From positions 18,354,001-18,418,000 of the forward strand of contig NC_087252.1 of assembly GCF_037042905.1 (NCBI RefSeq): a stretch of DNA of 64,000 nucleotides, in the 5' to 3' direction. Below the pieces are notes generated by a model, which did no database searches, was not told where the DNA came from, and was given only the letters and a program-made list of their open reading frames with translations. A program made the position numbers and the translations under genes. Each line of letters opens with the position of its first letter. Positions within the stretch are counted from its first letter, which is position 1. Positions 40,341 to 53,303 of the stretch are shown piece after piece. The DNA is from Lytechinus pictus (Eukaryota).

Positions 40341-40461
40341 TATTCTTGCTATGCTATATATGTCAACAGAACTGTCACTGGCATTTCACTGATCACATTT
40401 TCCATGATAAATTTAGCCACAATTTTCTCATTTTCTTGTGCTCTTGAGTGTTCAAGGGACG

Positions 40462-43400
40462 ATGGCACCAAATAAGAAGGTAAACACATTTATAAAAGTC
40501 AATTATATGGTAAATTATCTTATTTGTTATAATAAACTTGTAATCTTGTGCAAAACGTGTGGTGAGTATGTGAATGAAATGGTGCAGCTGAGTCATTGAG
40601 CTGAGACCCCTGAGTGCGGTTGCTCTTCTCTGCCTGCGCCGCCGGGCTCGACCCGCATCCATGTACGATACTAGTTACTACTCAGTCCGCGGCTAATCAA
40701 ATTTTCAGCGTAGTCGAGACCTTTCGTTTAACTTTAGGCCCGGCCTAAATTAGTAATTTAGGGTAGCCTTCGGCTTCGGGCTCATGTTCCTACTTTAGTA
40801 CTTAAAACAGAATACGAAAATTGGAACACCTGACATAGACATAGGCCCTAGGCCTAGGCCTATATTATACTATTAGTAGTCTAGGCCTACTTGTCTTAGT
40901 GACAATACCTGAACTTCTGAAGATGATTAAGTTAGGCCGATCTTCTTTATTCATTTTTGCCCAAACTGCCAAAAGTGTGCACTAGAGAATTGTCACTGTC
41001 GGCATTATTAAATAGGCTGATTTTTTTTCTGAAAAATAGCACAAATTTTGGGGCAATAATAAGTTAGCCAGCTTGAGAAGTTGAGGACTCTGATCTGCTG
41101 ATGATATTTCTTAATATTTTTACATAGGCCTATAGGCCCTAGATCTAACTATCTAAGACTTAGTCTAGACTATACTTCTATAGGGGCCTAGATCTACTTT
41201 TAGTTTTACATCACGGACTGACGGAGCCTCACACGCTGGCATACTGCTTAGCCTTAGCCTAGGCATACATGCCTAAGGCTAAGCAAGACATGTAAACACG
41301 GATGGATTTTCCTAGGAAGTAGGAAATCCATCTTTAGAACTAAATCGCTTAGAATCTAAATTTGTTAATTGTTAAATAATGTTGGAATTTATTTTTTATT
41401 AGCCTTGAGGACTCTGTGATGATAATATTTAAAAATATTTTACATATATAGATCTAACAAAGGTCTAGGCCTACTTTTACATCACAGAGCATTGAAATGG
41501 TTGCCATATATGCATAGCCATAAGCGAGACTTGTCAACAAGGATGGATTTCCCTAGGAAATCCATATTTAGAGGGTGAAATCGGTTTGTTTCTCTTGATT
41601 TAATTTATCTATGAACCTAGTCTTGAGGACTCCATGATGATGTTTTGTTTTAATATTTTGACATATACTTCTTCATCATGGAGTCTTGAATCCCCGGCCA
41701 TATATGTATAATAAGAGACCCATGTAAACAAAGATGGATTTCCTTAGGAAATCCATAAAGGGTGAAATCGGTTTGTCGGGTCCAATTTAATTTATATATG
41801 AACCTTGATGCGTCTAATGCATATAAAGGGATAAAAATTATTTCATTATAAATGGTAAAAATTAGACGTTTCTTACCAGTGCCACTTTTACCAGACCAAT
41901 CTCCTGCAGATCCTCCGTTTGTCAACAAAACAAATACAATACAGCCTGACCCTTGAACCGCTTCGTTATGACGTACATCCGATTAGCGATGCCGTTTTGA
42001 AGAACAATTTATAGATAAAAATTATTATTTTACAAATACTAAAATTTAATACGTGATTATAAATAATTAGCATACTATTATTAATTATTTGTAATCACGT
42101 ATTAAATTTAAGTATTTGTGAAATAATAATTTTTATCTATAAATTGTTCTTCAAAACGGCATCGCTAATCGGATGTACGTCATAACGAAGCGGTTCAAGG
42201 GTCAGGCTGTATTGTATTTGCTTTGTTGACAAACGGATCTAGGGATCTGCAGGAGATCGGTCTGGTAAGAAACGTCTAATTTTTACCATATATAATGAAA
42301 TAATTTTTATTACTTTATATGCATTAGGTGCATCAAGGTTCATAGATAAATAAAATTCGACCCTTCAAACCGATTTCACCCTCTAACTATGGAATTCCTA
42401 GGGAAATCCATCTCTGTTTACATGGGTCTCTTATACATATATGGCCGGGGGGTTCAAGACTCAATGATGAAGAAGTGTATGTCAAAATATAAAAAAAAAA
42501 CATCATGGAGTCCTCAAGACTACTATGAACCTTCACACGCCTTACCCTAACCCTACATATCGAAGCTTGGTCATAACGAAGCGGTTCAAGGGTCAAGCCT
42601 ATTTGCGGTGTTTGCAAATGGATCGAGGGATCTACACGAGATCGGTCTGGTAAGAAACCTCTCACTTTTCATATTTATACGAACATATTTTTAAATAAAA
42701 TCAAGAGAAACAAACCAATTTCACTCTATAAATATGGATTTCCTAGGAATCTAGGGAAATCCATCCTTGTTGACAAGTCTCGCTTATGCATGGCAACCAT
42801 TTGAAGGCTCCGTGATGTAAAAGTATGTGTAAAAATATTTAAAATATCACAGAGTCCTCAAGGCTAGGATTTTATTTATCTAGAAGAGTATAGGCCTACA
42901 CCTTCATACGCCCATTGCGTATGAAGGTGTGAAAAATCTCGTAGTAAAAATATGAAAAATTAGAGGTTTCTTACCAGACCGATCTCGTGTAGATCCCTCT
43001 ATCCTTTCATAAACACCAAAAATACAATAGGCTTGACCTTTGAACCACTTCGTTTATGACTTAGCTTCGATGAGCGATGTTACAAAATGCCGTTTTAAAG
43101 AACAATTTTATAGATAAAAATTATTATTCATTTAATTTTGAATATAAATAGTCATTATTATTGTCAATGCTCAAACTCTGTGCCAAGGATCTATCTCAAA
43201 TATCACACAGCGATCACTTTACCTGTGATATTTGAGCAGTGAGCGAAAAACTAACTGAGGGCCTTACATGAATTTACCCTAGGGCTTCACTTCCCCCACT
43301 CTCCCCCACATGTAACCTGTAAGTGGTTAAGACTTAAACCCCTACTCCCCTATCTATGTACTTTCAGAATGACACGGGTTTATCTGCCATGTTCACGGAA

Positions 43401-46400
43401 GATCTCTTCGCTGGCGAGGACATCGATGAGGAGACTTATGAGGAAAGGAGACGGAAGAATATCAAAGAGAACCAAGAAATGGTAAGAACTTAATTTTACC
43501 TCTCCCCATCCATGTGAATGTAATGATAAACTACCGGTACCTTAACCCCTCCCAAAAAAATGAAAGAAATGGAAAGAAGTTTAAAATTTGGGGTATGCTG
43601 AGATGTAGATAAGAGATGGATCTATATGTTGTTTAATGGTGATCTTACACAGCCTTCATACAACTCTGCAAAACCTACAAAGTACCTGTTATCTCCATTA
43701 TAGTCTCCATCATTTTCATGAAACAACGAGCTTAGATATCCAAGCTTATGGAAGAAAATACAAGATAGAGAGAAAGATCCTAATGATTACCTCAACATAA
43801 CAAGCCACTTATAATTATCTTCAATATTCTTTGTTATGTGAGTATTATAATATTACTATTTTATAGAGAACTTTGCAATTGATTCAGATTAGAATTTGAA
43901 ATTGATCTAAACTCGGGCAGTCGAGACCGATTTAAATCAGTTGCAATGCTTTCTAAGAAGGGTCAGAGGGGCACATACGTATTAATTTTTTACAAAGCTT
44001 TAGTAGCTATCACTAGAGAACATTTTTTAATGATTGATTGCATGGACTACAAATTTATTTTGAAAATCAAGTGTACGATTAATCGCTAACCTTTATGTGT
44101 TACAGGTACTTGATATTTCTCAAACCCATTTTAAATGATTCATAAAATGTTGGAATTAATTTTGTGATGATATTTCATGGCTTGATTGGTGTGTTTTCTC
44201 ATTAGCTTACCAAATTGCTTGCAGAGATCAAGGACATGCCCGGTCTTCCTGACTTGCCCATGTTCAGACAAGCACCAGTACCCAAGGTAGGTCTTATGGG
44301 GCTCTTTACCAATTCACAAGAAAAAAAAAATGATAACCTGTGATGAACTTTTATTCTTCAAATTAGCAACAATGTCATTTTTCTGTCATTTCCTCCTTTT
44401 TACAGGTATTACCTCCATGAATAAGAAAGATGGGAATTGTCATATTGTGTATATTATGTTAAACATCATTGATTTTGACTAATTTCATATTGCCATATAC
44501 ATTATAAAGAGAATAAAGCCATCAAGATGTAAGTTGCAGAAGTATAGTAGCCTACCTGTTTTTTCTAATATGGCACCGAGATATGCATTTCCCTTAGGAA
44601 AGGCTGGATAATTCCGCTCAAACTCTGGAGGTAATTATATGTGAAATAGCTTGTTTTAATCAATATTCCTCTCTTTTTTAAAATCCTACTTGTGTGTCTT
44701 CTTGCAGAAGTCTCCCAAGCCAGTCAAATCCAAGCGATCCTTGGACATTCACAGGATGAGCCCGTTGAGAAGGAATCCTTCACGTCATGCCAGGTACACC
44801 CCCTCCAAGGATTCACCCAGCAGCAGGACAAGGTCATCCTCAAGAATACAGAGGAAGAGAGAAGAGGAGGGAGATGATGTATTTCCCATGATGCCTGGTC
44901 AGGTATGTGCAAGGCTATAGTGAAACCAGTGTATAAAGACTACCCCATGGAGGCAAGAAGAGTTGTCTTTATTTGCGTGGTCTTTCTGGACTGGTTCCTG
45001 TAATTCAATGAAACCTGTATTAGAATATAACCAAAGGTAAACAAGAAATTTTTTTTATGAGCAGGTGGACTTTATGAACAGATGGTCTTTATGTACTGGT
45101 TCTTGAATTATTTTCTCATTTATATGCTGGAATACTGAGTTTTACCTTATGGAAAATTGGCCTTGCCAGAAAAAAGTCTAAATTTAAGGCCCAAATGATG
45201 CTTATGAGTCAGGTAGATGATTTATTTGCACTAGTCGAGGCTCTGAGCAATTGTAATTCTTTCCAAATATATGAACATAAAAAAAAATAGACTGTTATAT
45301 CTGTGTAAATCTATGTCAAAGTCAAGTCAGTTTTTTTTTGCAAGTTTCACCTTGAGAGATTTCAAAGTTTGCTTGGGAACTTGTTACTGTGTCACAAGGA
45401 TTTCAATTCTGGATGGTGATAAATAGATTTTATTTCTTTGAACTAATTGAGTTGCTGTTTTGTCTTACCACAGAAACTAGTCATCAAGTTTGGGCCATCA
45501 CCAGCAAGTCGTAAACGTCATCTTTCTGATGGTGAATCTGATGTAGAGAGCAGAGGAGATGAGTTTGAAATCTTTGAGGTAAGTCTTATAAATGTATGTC
45601 ACAGAATTTTGGTTCTGTGACATACTCACTTTGTGTCTCTATTGCAATATCATTCGATTTTGGAGATCATTCGATGTTTTTCACAGAGAAATGGTGATAT
45701 TCATCATTATCTTCATCAACAGCGGCATCATCATCATCCTCGTTATCATCAACAAAATCATCATCATCACTATCACCATCATCATCGCCACCATCATAAT
45801 CATCGTATTCATCACCATCATCATTACCACCATCATCAACATCAACAATATCATCATCACCATCATCATCACCATCAACATTCATCATCAACAATAACAA
45901 AATCATAAAAAACATGATTATCAACGACATCATCATCATCATATTCATCACCACCACCATCTTCATCATCTCCAACATCATCATCATCATGCTGTTTCTT
46001 AACCTCTGCTCCAGACCCTCTCTACAAGTATTGGCGCCACTTTTGAATCTGTACCTTCTTACTCTTTTGATAATGACTGCAGACTGTACATTTCTCTTCA
46101 ATTTTCTCTCTGTTAAAGACAAGTTCTTAAGGCCTTCATTGTCTGTAATATGACACAATTCTTCAGTAGTATTATGATAATTGATTTTAATACAGGATGA
46201 GCTTCCTTTAGAGGAGGAGAATGCTGGGAAGGTTGATGATGGAGACAGCGACGGGGAATATGAGTTGCCGACGCCTACCAAAAAGAGACGTGCCCCTACC
46301 CATGATGCACCGCGTCACCCTGATGACATCACAGAGGAAGAACTCAAAATGGTTGCAGACTCTGTGAAGGATAAGAGATATGACTCAGTCTATGTAAGTC

Positions 46401-49400
46401 AAAATTTTGAAGAGACGTTCCAGTGATTTTTGTTGACCGTTGTTTTAAGCTGCTAAAATTCCCTGACAAAGCAATGCAGTAAAGAGTAGCCAGGAGATAT
46501 TATTTTCATAAGTACACAAAATATACCAGGCTATTAGAAAGAAAAGTTGGGAATTATTTAACCAAGAATGGACAGGGAGTTACTATTTCCTCTGAGCAAA
46601 ATTAGAAATATTGCCTGTTCATCCGAGGATGAATAATTCCCACTAATCCGTCCAATAGAACTGCTTGGTATATCTGATTTATATCCATTCTTTAAAGTTC
46701 ATTCAACTTCTTTGATTGCTGGATATGGTTATTGTCATCCTGTGTGTACTCGACCACATTGGAAGGGGTGGTTGCAGGCAAAATTTTATTTTTCATTTTC
46801 AGGGACTACTTTCACAAACTACTGGCTATAAAATCTAAAGCAGCAAGGAATGCTCTGTTGTCCATGTTCTTTTGTTCTTGGTTCTTTTAGTTTGATGTAA
46901 GTTCTTAATATTATGCATTTATCAGTGATTGAAGTAAACAGTGAAAATGATTAATTTCCTTTTTTCCACTTTCAGGGTAGCACCTGCCATCAGTGTCGTC
47001 AGAAGACCAACGACATGAAGACAATCTGTCGCTCTGCAACCTGTTTTGGGGTCAGAGGTCAATTCTGTGGACCTTGCCTGAGGAATCGCTACGGAGAGGA
47101 TGCAAGAGAGGCGCTGCTAGATGCGGTAAGCAAAAACCAATTTCAAATAAAAAAGGATGGCCTTTTTTCTTTATTGTTTTCCATAGAACAACAAGGACCT
47201 TTATGTCATTATAAATGAAAAATATTAAGGAATACAATTCTCTTACACATATTCTTTTATATATTTTGGTCATGATTTACAATATTATGTTACATGTAGG
47301 AATGAAAGAGCACTAACGATGACTAAATCATAAAACAATTCATATATAACCTTCGTTTCCTTAGAAATTTCTCACATTTTTTTCCCACAAAATATACCTT
47401 TCAACATCAGAATGTCTTTCTACGTACCCTTTAAAGGTGATGAAACTTTCGTTCATCATTCATCTTCATTTTGTGGATGTGAAAGCGGGATATAAGGATA
47501 GTATTCAAAGCACAAATATTAAATGATCTTACTCCAAATGAACACAATTGTAAACAAATATTTGAGAGTTCGGTATGCCTTTGTATAACTTTGTTCAAAT
47601 TTTTTTCCTGTCAAGATTTAAATACTTTACCAGAAGTTCTACAAACTGAAACCATTATGAAAATGCTGGTCTTATAGCAATCTAGTTACCTAACAAACTC
47701 AAAGAAATGGTTTAGTGACACTTTGATTGTTCATGGACTTCAAAATTGAACATAAAGTATTCATAAGTATTCATTCTTCGATACCAAAATACCCTACATG
47801 TAAAACATCTATTTTGTTTTGTTTATTCCACCATAAACAATTTATTTCAAATCAAGACATAGAAATATACCCATATCAATGATGCGGTTTCCACAAGAAT
47901 GAAAGGGAGTCATATATTTCTGATATAAAGTTCAAGTTTGAAGTTGAAAATCCATCTAGTTTTGTTGTGACACCATTTGAAAAATCGTGTTGCTTGGAAA
48001 TAAGACACCTATTAAAAAAAAATGCCTTGTTTTCAAGATTCAAGATTCTTTTATTGGTCAATGTATGCATACCGGTACAAAGAAATTTGGTTTCCAATGG
48101 CTTTAACAATAAGTATACACAAAGATGAAAAGTACAATACATCATAACAATATTGAATTGATGCACATGAACAATCAATATAGACCTACATGTAAATTAT
48201 TAATAACCGTCTGCAACTACCCTTAATAGGTAAGAATCTTGTACTACCATGTTTTAATTTTTTCTTTGTTTGATTTACAGAATTGGACTTGCCCACCATG
48301 CAGAGGAAATTGTAACTGCAGCTTCTGTCGCAAGAAACAGGGTCGCCATGCAACAGGGATCCTTATTCATCTTGCTAAGCATCATGGGTACCGTAGTGTC
48401 AAGGACTTCCTAGAAAGGTAAGAGATATAATAATAATAATGGTATTTTATTTCAAGACTGTTCGCAGCAAGAGCTGAATTGTACAGAACTTTTACATAAA
48501 AACAATATAAAACATATCAGTATCAAAATAGAATTGTACAAATATACAAAGCACAAAAAAATATACAATCATTAATACTTTGGGGGTTAATTTAAATAAA
48601 CAGAATATTTTCAACTAATTGTAAAGACTATAAGTAATTGCAGAAGTTTCAAAATTTGCTTGAGATATAGTATACGAGAAAGCGGAATGGAAGGATTTAT
48701 GATGATAGAGGGATATTAAGGAATAAAAAAAAATGTATGTGAAAAGAGTGAACTGGTACTAGACAACACCATTTTAAGGCAATGCGCATGTGTCGCGTTC
48801 TCGCCTTTGACGACTATCAGAATTGAGAAACCTACTACCTTCATTCTGCGGTTCTCTAATAATCAAGGTCGACGTGCACGCAAGTGACATTATTACAACT
48901 GTTCAGGCTCAGCCTGAAGATCGATTCTTATGGAATCCTTCCCCCAAAAACACCGGTTTTCAGTGGCATTTCACAAAATTAATGTGAGTTGAACGATGGA
49001 TTCTTTTTATCATATTTGAAATTGTTGTTTCAACTCTGAAATGTATATTGGCATATCTCCTAAAATATATGTGAAAATTAATTAAAGCAATGTGGAAGAG
49101 CAAGTGTGTTCAAGGCTTGTGATGTGATGGTACGCTGTATCCTCCCGGTTCCTGGCCAGCTCACTATCATACTGCTTCATGTTTACTTTCTGTGGATGTA
49201 TGCATATGTACGCATAGAGTCAGCAAAATCTGAAATAATTGTATATGTAGTGAACATTGGCAGTTGATGATGTTGACATGCACGATTAGTCGACTGGTGC
49301 ACCGTTCTCATTCGCTGATTCTAAAGCTCCTTATTGCATGAGTCTAGACCTGCCAAGAGCAATGGTGTTACGTGATAGAAAAGAGAAATCATTATTGAGT

Positions 49401-49636
49401 CGATATGATTGATCACATCGGGTCCTGATGGATGTGACCAGAACACCAAATGGAAATAAAAAGTAAAAAAAGGTTTAGATCTAATAAATTATTCATATCA
49501 CAATTTCATCATGAAATTATATTTCAAACCTGAAATGCATGGAATGGAACTAAGGAGAGAATATCTATATCCATAACATTTAGAATTTCTCTCCCATTTT
49601 CCTTTGTTCTTTTAATGCAGTGTTGGAAGAAAGTGA
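40462..49636 (+). CDS. CDCA7: Cell division cycle-associated 7 family protein (zf-4CXXC_R1), 337 aa, 9 coding exons
   Basis: Exons 40462-40479, 43368-43481, 44206-44286, 44708-44902, 45474-45578, 46196-46393, 46976-47125, 48281-48417 and 49621-49636 (1014 nt, in frame). The C-terminal [11 protein letters not shown]...[14 protein letters not shown]...[16 protein letters not shown]...ATGIL is the CDCA7/CDCA7L signature. The N-terminal [23 protein letters not shown] resembles the HELLS-binding helix, and an RRNPxRxAR motif is present. Exon 1 (MAPNKK) is the least certain. Confidence 0.93.
41400..42866. repeat. ~1.5 kb imperfect palindrome in CDCA7 intron 1
   Basis: 41400-42069 is the reverse complement of 42082-42866, with a ~12-nt spacer and a ~170-bp insertion in the right arm. 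Related units lie at ~41080-41350 and ~42950-43130. Confidence 0.9.
45700..45990. repeat. (ATC/ACC)n degenerate microsatellite
   Basis: Intronic run between CDCA7 exons 5 and 6. Confidence 0.9.
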
Positions 49637-49764
49637 GGCTATCCCACTCCACACCACTGCGCAGATGTCATTATGGCAGGGAACAAATACTATTTGCTGA
49701 TGTAAAGTGTTTTGAATGTTTAATGCTATGGGGCATGGTAAAAGGATGAATGTTGCCAATTTAA

Positions 49765-51226
49765 TGAGGATGAAAACCCTTAGATCGAGTTATCAAAACA
49801 GAAAAAAAATCAAAGAATATAATTAATGAAACTATAAGATCAATGGGACAAACAATAAGAGCATCATGAGCATTTTAATGTTTAAATCAGTAATGCAACG
49901 GAGACCCTCCCATTGGTAATGCGACCAAAACTTGTGATGTCACAGAAGTACACCTCTCCCCTTTGTACTCTGAAAATATTCTTCAAAACATTCATTTTTG
50001 TCTCACCTGCATAGCAGAGTGAGACTATAGGCGCCGCTTTTCCGACGGCGGCGGCGACGGCGGCGGCGGCGTCAACACCAAATCTTAACCTAAGGTTAAG
50101 TTTTTGAAATGTCATCATAACTTAGAAAATATATGGACCTAGTTCATGAAACTTATACATAAGGTTAATCAAGTATCACTGAACATCCTGCATGAGTTTC
50201 ACGTCACATGACCAAGGTCAAAGGTCATTTAGGGTCAATGAACTTTGGCCAAATTGGGGTATTTGTTGAATTACAGCCATAAATTTGAAAGTGTGTTGGT
50301 CTAGTTCATAAAACTTGGACATAATAGTAATCAAGTATCACTGAACATCCTGTGCGAGTTTCAGGTCACATGATCAAGGTCAAAGGTCATGTAAGGTCAA
50401 AGAACTTTGGCCACGTTGGGGGTATTTGTTGAATTGCCATCATAACTTTGAAAGTTTATGGATCTGATTCATGAAACTTGGACATAATAGTAATCAAGTA
50501 TTACTGAACATCCTGTGCAAGTTTCAGGTCACATGATCAAGGTCAAAGGTCATTTAGGGTCAATGAACTTTGGCCAAATTGGGGTATTTGTTGAATTACA
50601 GCCATAAATTTGAAAGTGTGTTGGTCTAGTTCATAAAACTTGGACATAATAGTAATCAAGTATCACTGAACATCCTGTGCGAGTTTCAGGTCACATGATC
50701 AAGGTCAAAGGTCATGTAAGGTCAAAGAACTTTGGCCACGTTGGGGGTATTTGTTGAATTGCCATCATATCTCTATAAGTGTATTGGTCTAGTTCATAAA
50801 ACGTGGAAATAAGAGTAACCAAGTATCACTGAACATCTTGTGCGAGTTATAGTAGTTTTCAAAATCAGCACTGCTGCTATATTGAATCGCGTGATGCAGG
50901 TGAGACGGCCAGAGGCATTCCACTTGTTGTTCATTCTATGATAGTGCAAACTCTCTGCCCTTTGTTTATTTGATGGAATCTCTGTAACATGTCCGCTCAC
51001 AAAAAAAATCTTGGATAGGCTTGTTAGGTATTGAATGTAGTAAAGTAATCAGGGAGTTGTACAAATGTGACGTAACACATGCCAATGTGAGGACGTCCAT
51101 ATCCTTCGTGGTAACATTCTTTCATGGCTCTTTTATTTGTTCAATTTTTCTCAAACTTTTAATTGATTTATCTCTGAGTTTTTCTTCTTTCTCACAAGCT
51201 AACTTCCCCGGGGCCCACATTATACT
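49765..51226. mobile_element. Decayed Kolobok-like (TTAA) MITE interrupted by a Helentron-associated element
   Basis: TTAA flanks; both halves align by eye with the intact relative at 51806-52382. Confidence 0.6.
49996..50928 (+). mobile_element. Helentron-associated non-autonomous element (HINE, DINE-1/Tsp-like), copy 1
   Basis: T-run, subTIR GTCTCACCTGCA 50000-50011, inner inverted copy 50014-50025, (GGC)n, ~162-bp tandem repeats, 3' subTIR TGCAGGTGAGAC 50895-50906, short GC hairpin and a TT end. Confidence 0.85.
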
Positions 51227-51543
51227 TTAAAAGAATAAAGAGAGCAAATTTGAAACAGTTTGAAAACAATACACAGACTGACCACTTTCCAAGGGAGAAT
51301 GGACATTAACATTGAATGAAAGCAAAAACTTCACAGCTTGCCCCTTCTGCTTTTTGAAATGGGGAACGGTCCTATTAACATCAGGGGGGTGTTTCACAAA
51401 GATTATGTATGACTTAGAGTCGCACTTAAATGCGTAGTTGCGGGCGGTATAAAAGGCACGACCGCATTGGTCAGATCATGCCAAGAAGACGTGCATTACT
51501 GCGTATTGATCAATAAGATTGCTCGTTGCATATCATGTACGCG

Positions 51544-52477
51544 GAGGAGCTGTGGTGTAGTGGTTCTGACTCTCGCCTTGTAAACAGAGCGTCATGTGTT
51601 CGAATCCCACCACGGTCTGGCGTTCTTTGGCAAGGCGTTAATCCACACTTTGCCACTCTCGACCCAGGTGCTAAATGGGTACCCGGTAGGATGTGAAAGT
51701 CATTGTAGCTTGTCCAGTACTGTGTGCGCCTCACCGGCGACTGACTGGAACACTCCCAAGGGAGTGGAGGATGTGCACACATTGTGTGCGGGAAAGACTG
51801 ATTAAAGGAGAATGAAACTCTTGGAGCAAGTTAGCTTTTGTGAAAGCAGAAAAATCAAAGAATAAGATAACTTTGAGTAAAATAGGACTAGCAATAAAAG
51901 AGTTATGAGCATTTGAATGTCGAGATCACTAATGCTATGGAGATCCCCCCATTGGCAATGCGACCAAGATCTGTGATGTCACACACGTACAACTCTCCCA
52001 TTCGGACACTGAAAATATACCCCAAAACATCTCTTTTTGCTCATTTTAATCATATGACAAACGATTCATCAATGATATAATGTTGTGAAACCTCTGTACT
52101 TGTCATCTCATAAAGAAAACACATAACCTTGTGATAGACTCTATAAAAGTGAGAATATAAGTGAAATAAGTACTAAAGTAATGAGGGAGTTGTACGTGTG
52201 TGATATCACAGATCTTGGTCGCATTGCCGATGGGAGGATCTACATGGCACTAGTGATCTCAATATTCAAATGCTCATAACTTTTTTATTATTCATTCAAT
52301 CTTCCTCAAACTTTCAACAATATGTTTCTTTGATTTTTCTCTTTGATATGGATTCAGCTAGTTTCAAGGGTTTCATTCTCCTTTAAATCTGATGACCGGG
52401 GTAATAATATATCTGTAAAGCGCTTAGACATGTCGTTCCGATGTATTAAGCGCTATATAAAAGCGGATTATTATTAT
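51544..52477 (+). mobile_element. tRNA-derived SINE split by a Kolobok-like MITE
   Basis: A box TGGTGTAGTGG, B box GTTCGAATCCC, (TTA)n tail and TSD TACGCG (51538-51543, 52478-52483). Confidence 0.85.
51806..52382. mobile_element. Kolobok-like MITE
   Basis: TTAA|AGGAGAATGAAAC ... GTTTCATTCTCCT|TTAA with long imperfect TIRs. Confidence 0.85.
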
Positions 52478-53303
52478 TACGCGTCAGCATTTAAGTGCGA
52501 CTCTCAATCATACTTAATCTTTGTGAGACGTGCCCCTGGTGGGTGTTTCATAAAGCTGCTTGTAAAGTAACATGCACTTTAGGTATGACTGGAACATGCT
52601 CTGGGTGCTATATCGTCTCCATAAGGTTACATCACCAAAAGGGATGGTCACCAGTCGTGCGTACAGTCATTCGTAACTTGAAAGAAAAAAGCTGTGTGAA
52701 ATGGTCCCCTAGTATATATGTAAAAAGCATTTGGAAGAATTTTATTGTTTGTATCTCAGAACATGATAATCAAAAGTGCCTAAATCTTTAGTGTTGTAAA
52801 GTCTATTTTGAATGTACATACATTTAATGTTTAAAGCTTTGTACTAATACGTCTGAAAATCATATCATTGTTTGTATTCTGTTATTCTAACATTATATTG
52901 CATACTAATGAACTTGTGAATAGTATAACAATGCTGAGAAACCATTTTTACCATTTACATAGACATATATACTCATGTGGAGACTTTGCCTTTTTTAAAG
53001 TATTAAATAAAAGATGAAAATATGTATTTGTTGTATTCCTTCAATACTGGAAGCCTGTTGCACGAGCAGATGCGTTGAACATCCAACTGAATGAAATCAT
53101 TCCAAATTCCCAAATGCCAGCTTTTGATTGGTTGAAAATCAAATTATTTTTTATCTTTTAATTTGAATTTGATTGCAGCTGTATATGCATCAGGGCCTCG
53201 GATTATTTGTACTTGTAAATTAGTTTTAATTGCAACTGTATAGGCTTTGTGATTAGGTGGCCTGCCTGCCCGGTCGCATATTTTTCTTCCCCAAATACGA
53301 TAA

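Larger units (their letters stand above)
51385..52535. mobile_element. PIF/Harbinger-like MITE hosting a SINE
   Basis: GGGGGTGTTTCACAAAGATTA..GAGTCGCACTTAAATGC is inverted against GCATTTAAGTGCGACTC..TAATCTTTGTGAGAC..CCC. Confidence 0.75.

Noticed and set aside
42541..42555. CCCTAACCCTA telomere-like motif
   Set aside because: Fewer than two full units, inside a repeat module.
45592..46281. His-, Ile-, Met- and Asp-rich ORFs
   Set aside because: They translate an intronic (ATC)n microsatellite or are antisense to exon 6.
51544..51620. tRNA gene (also at 26180-26254)
   Set aside because: The A/B boxes continue into a SINE body with a (TTA)n tail and TSD.
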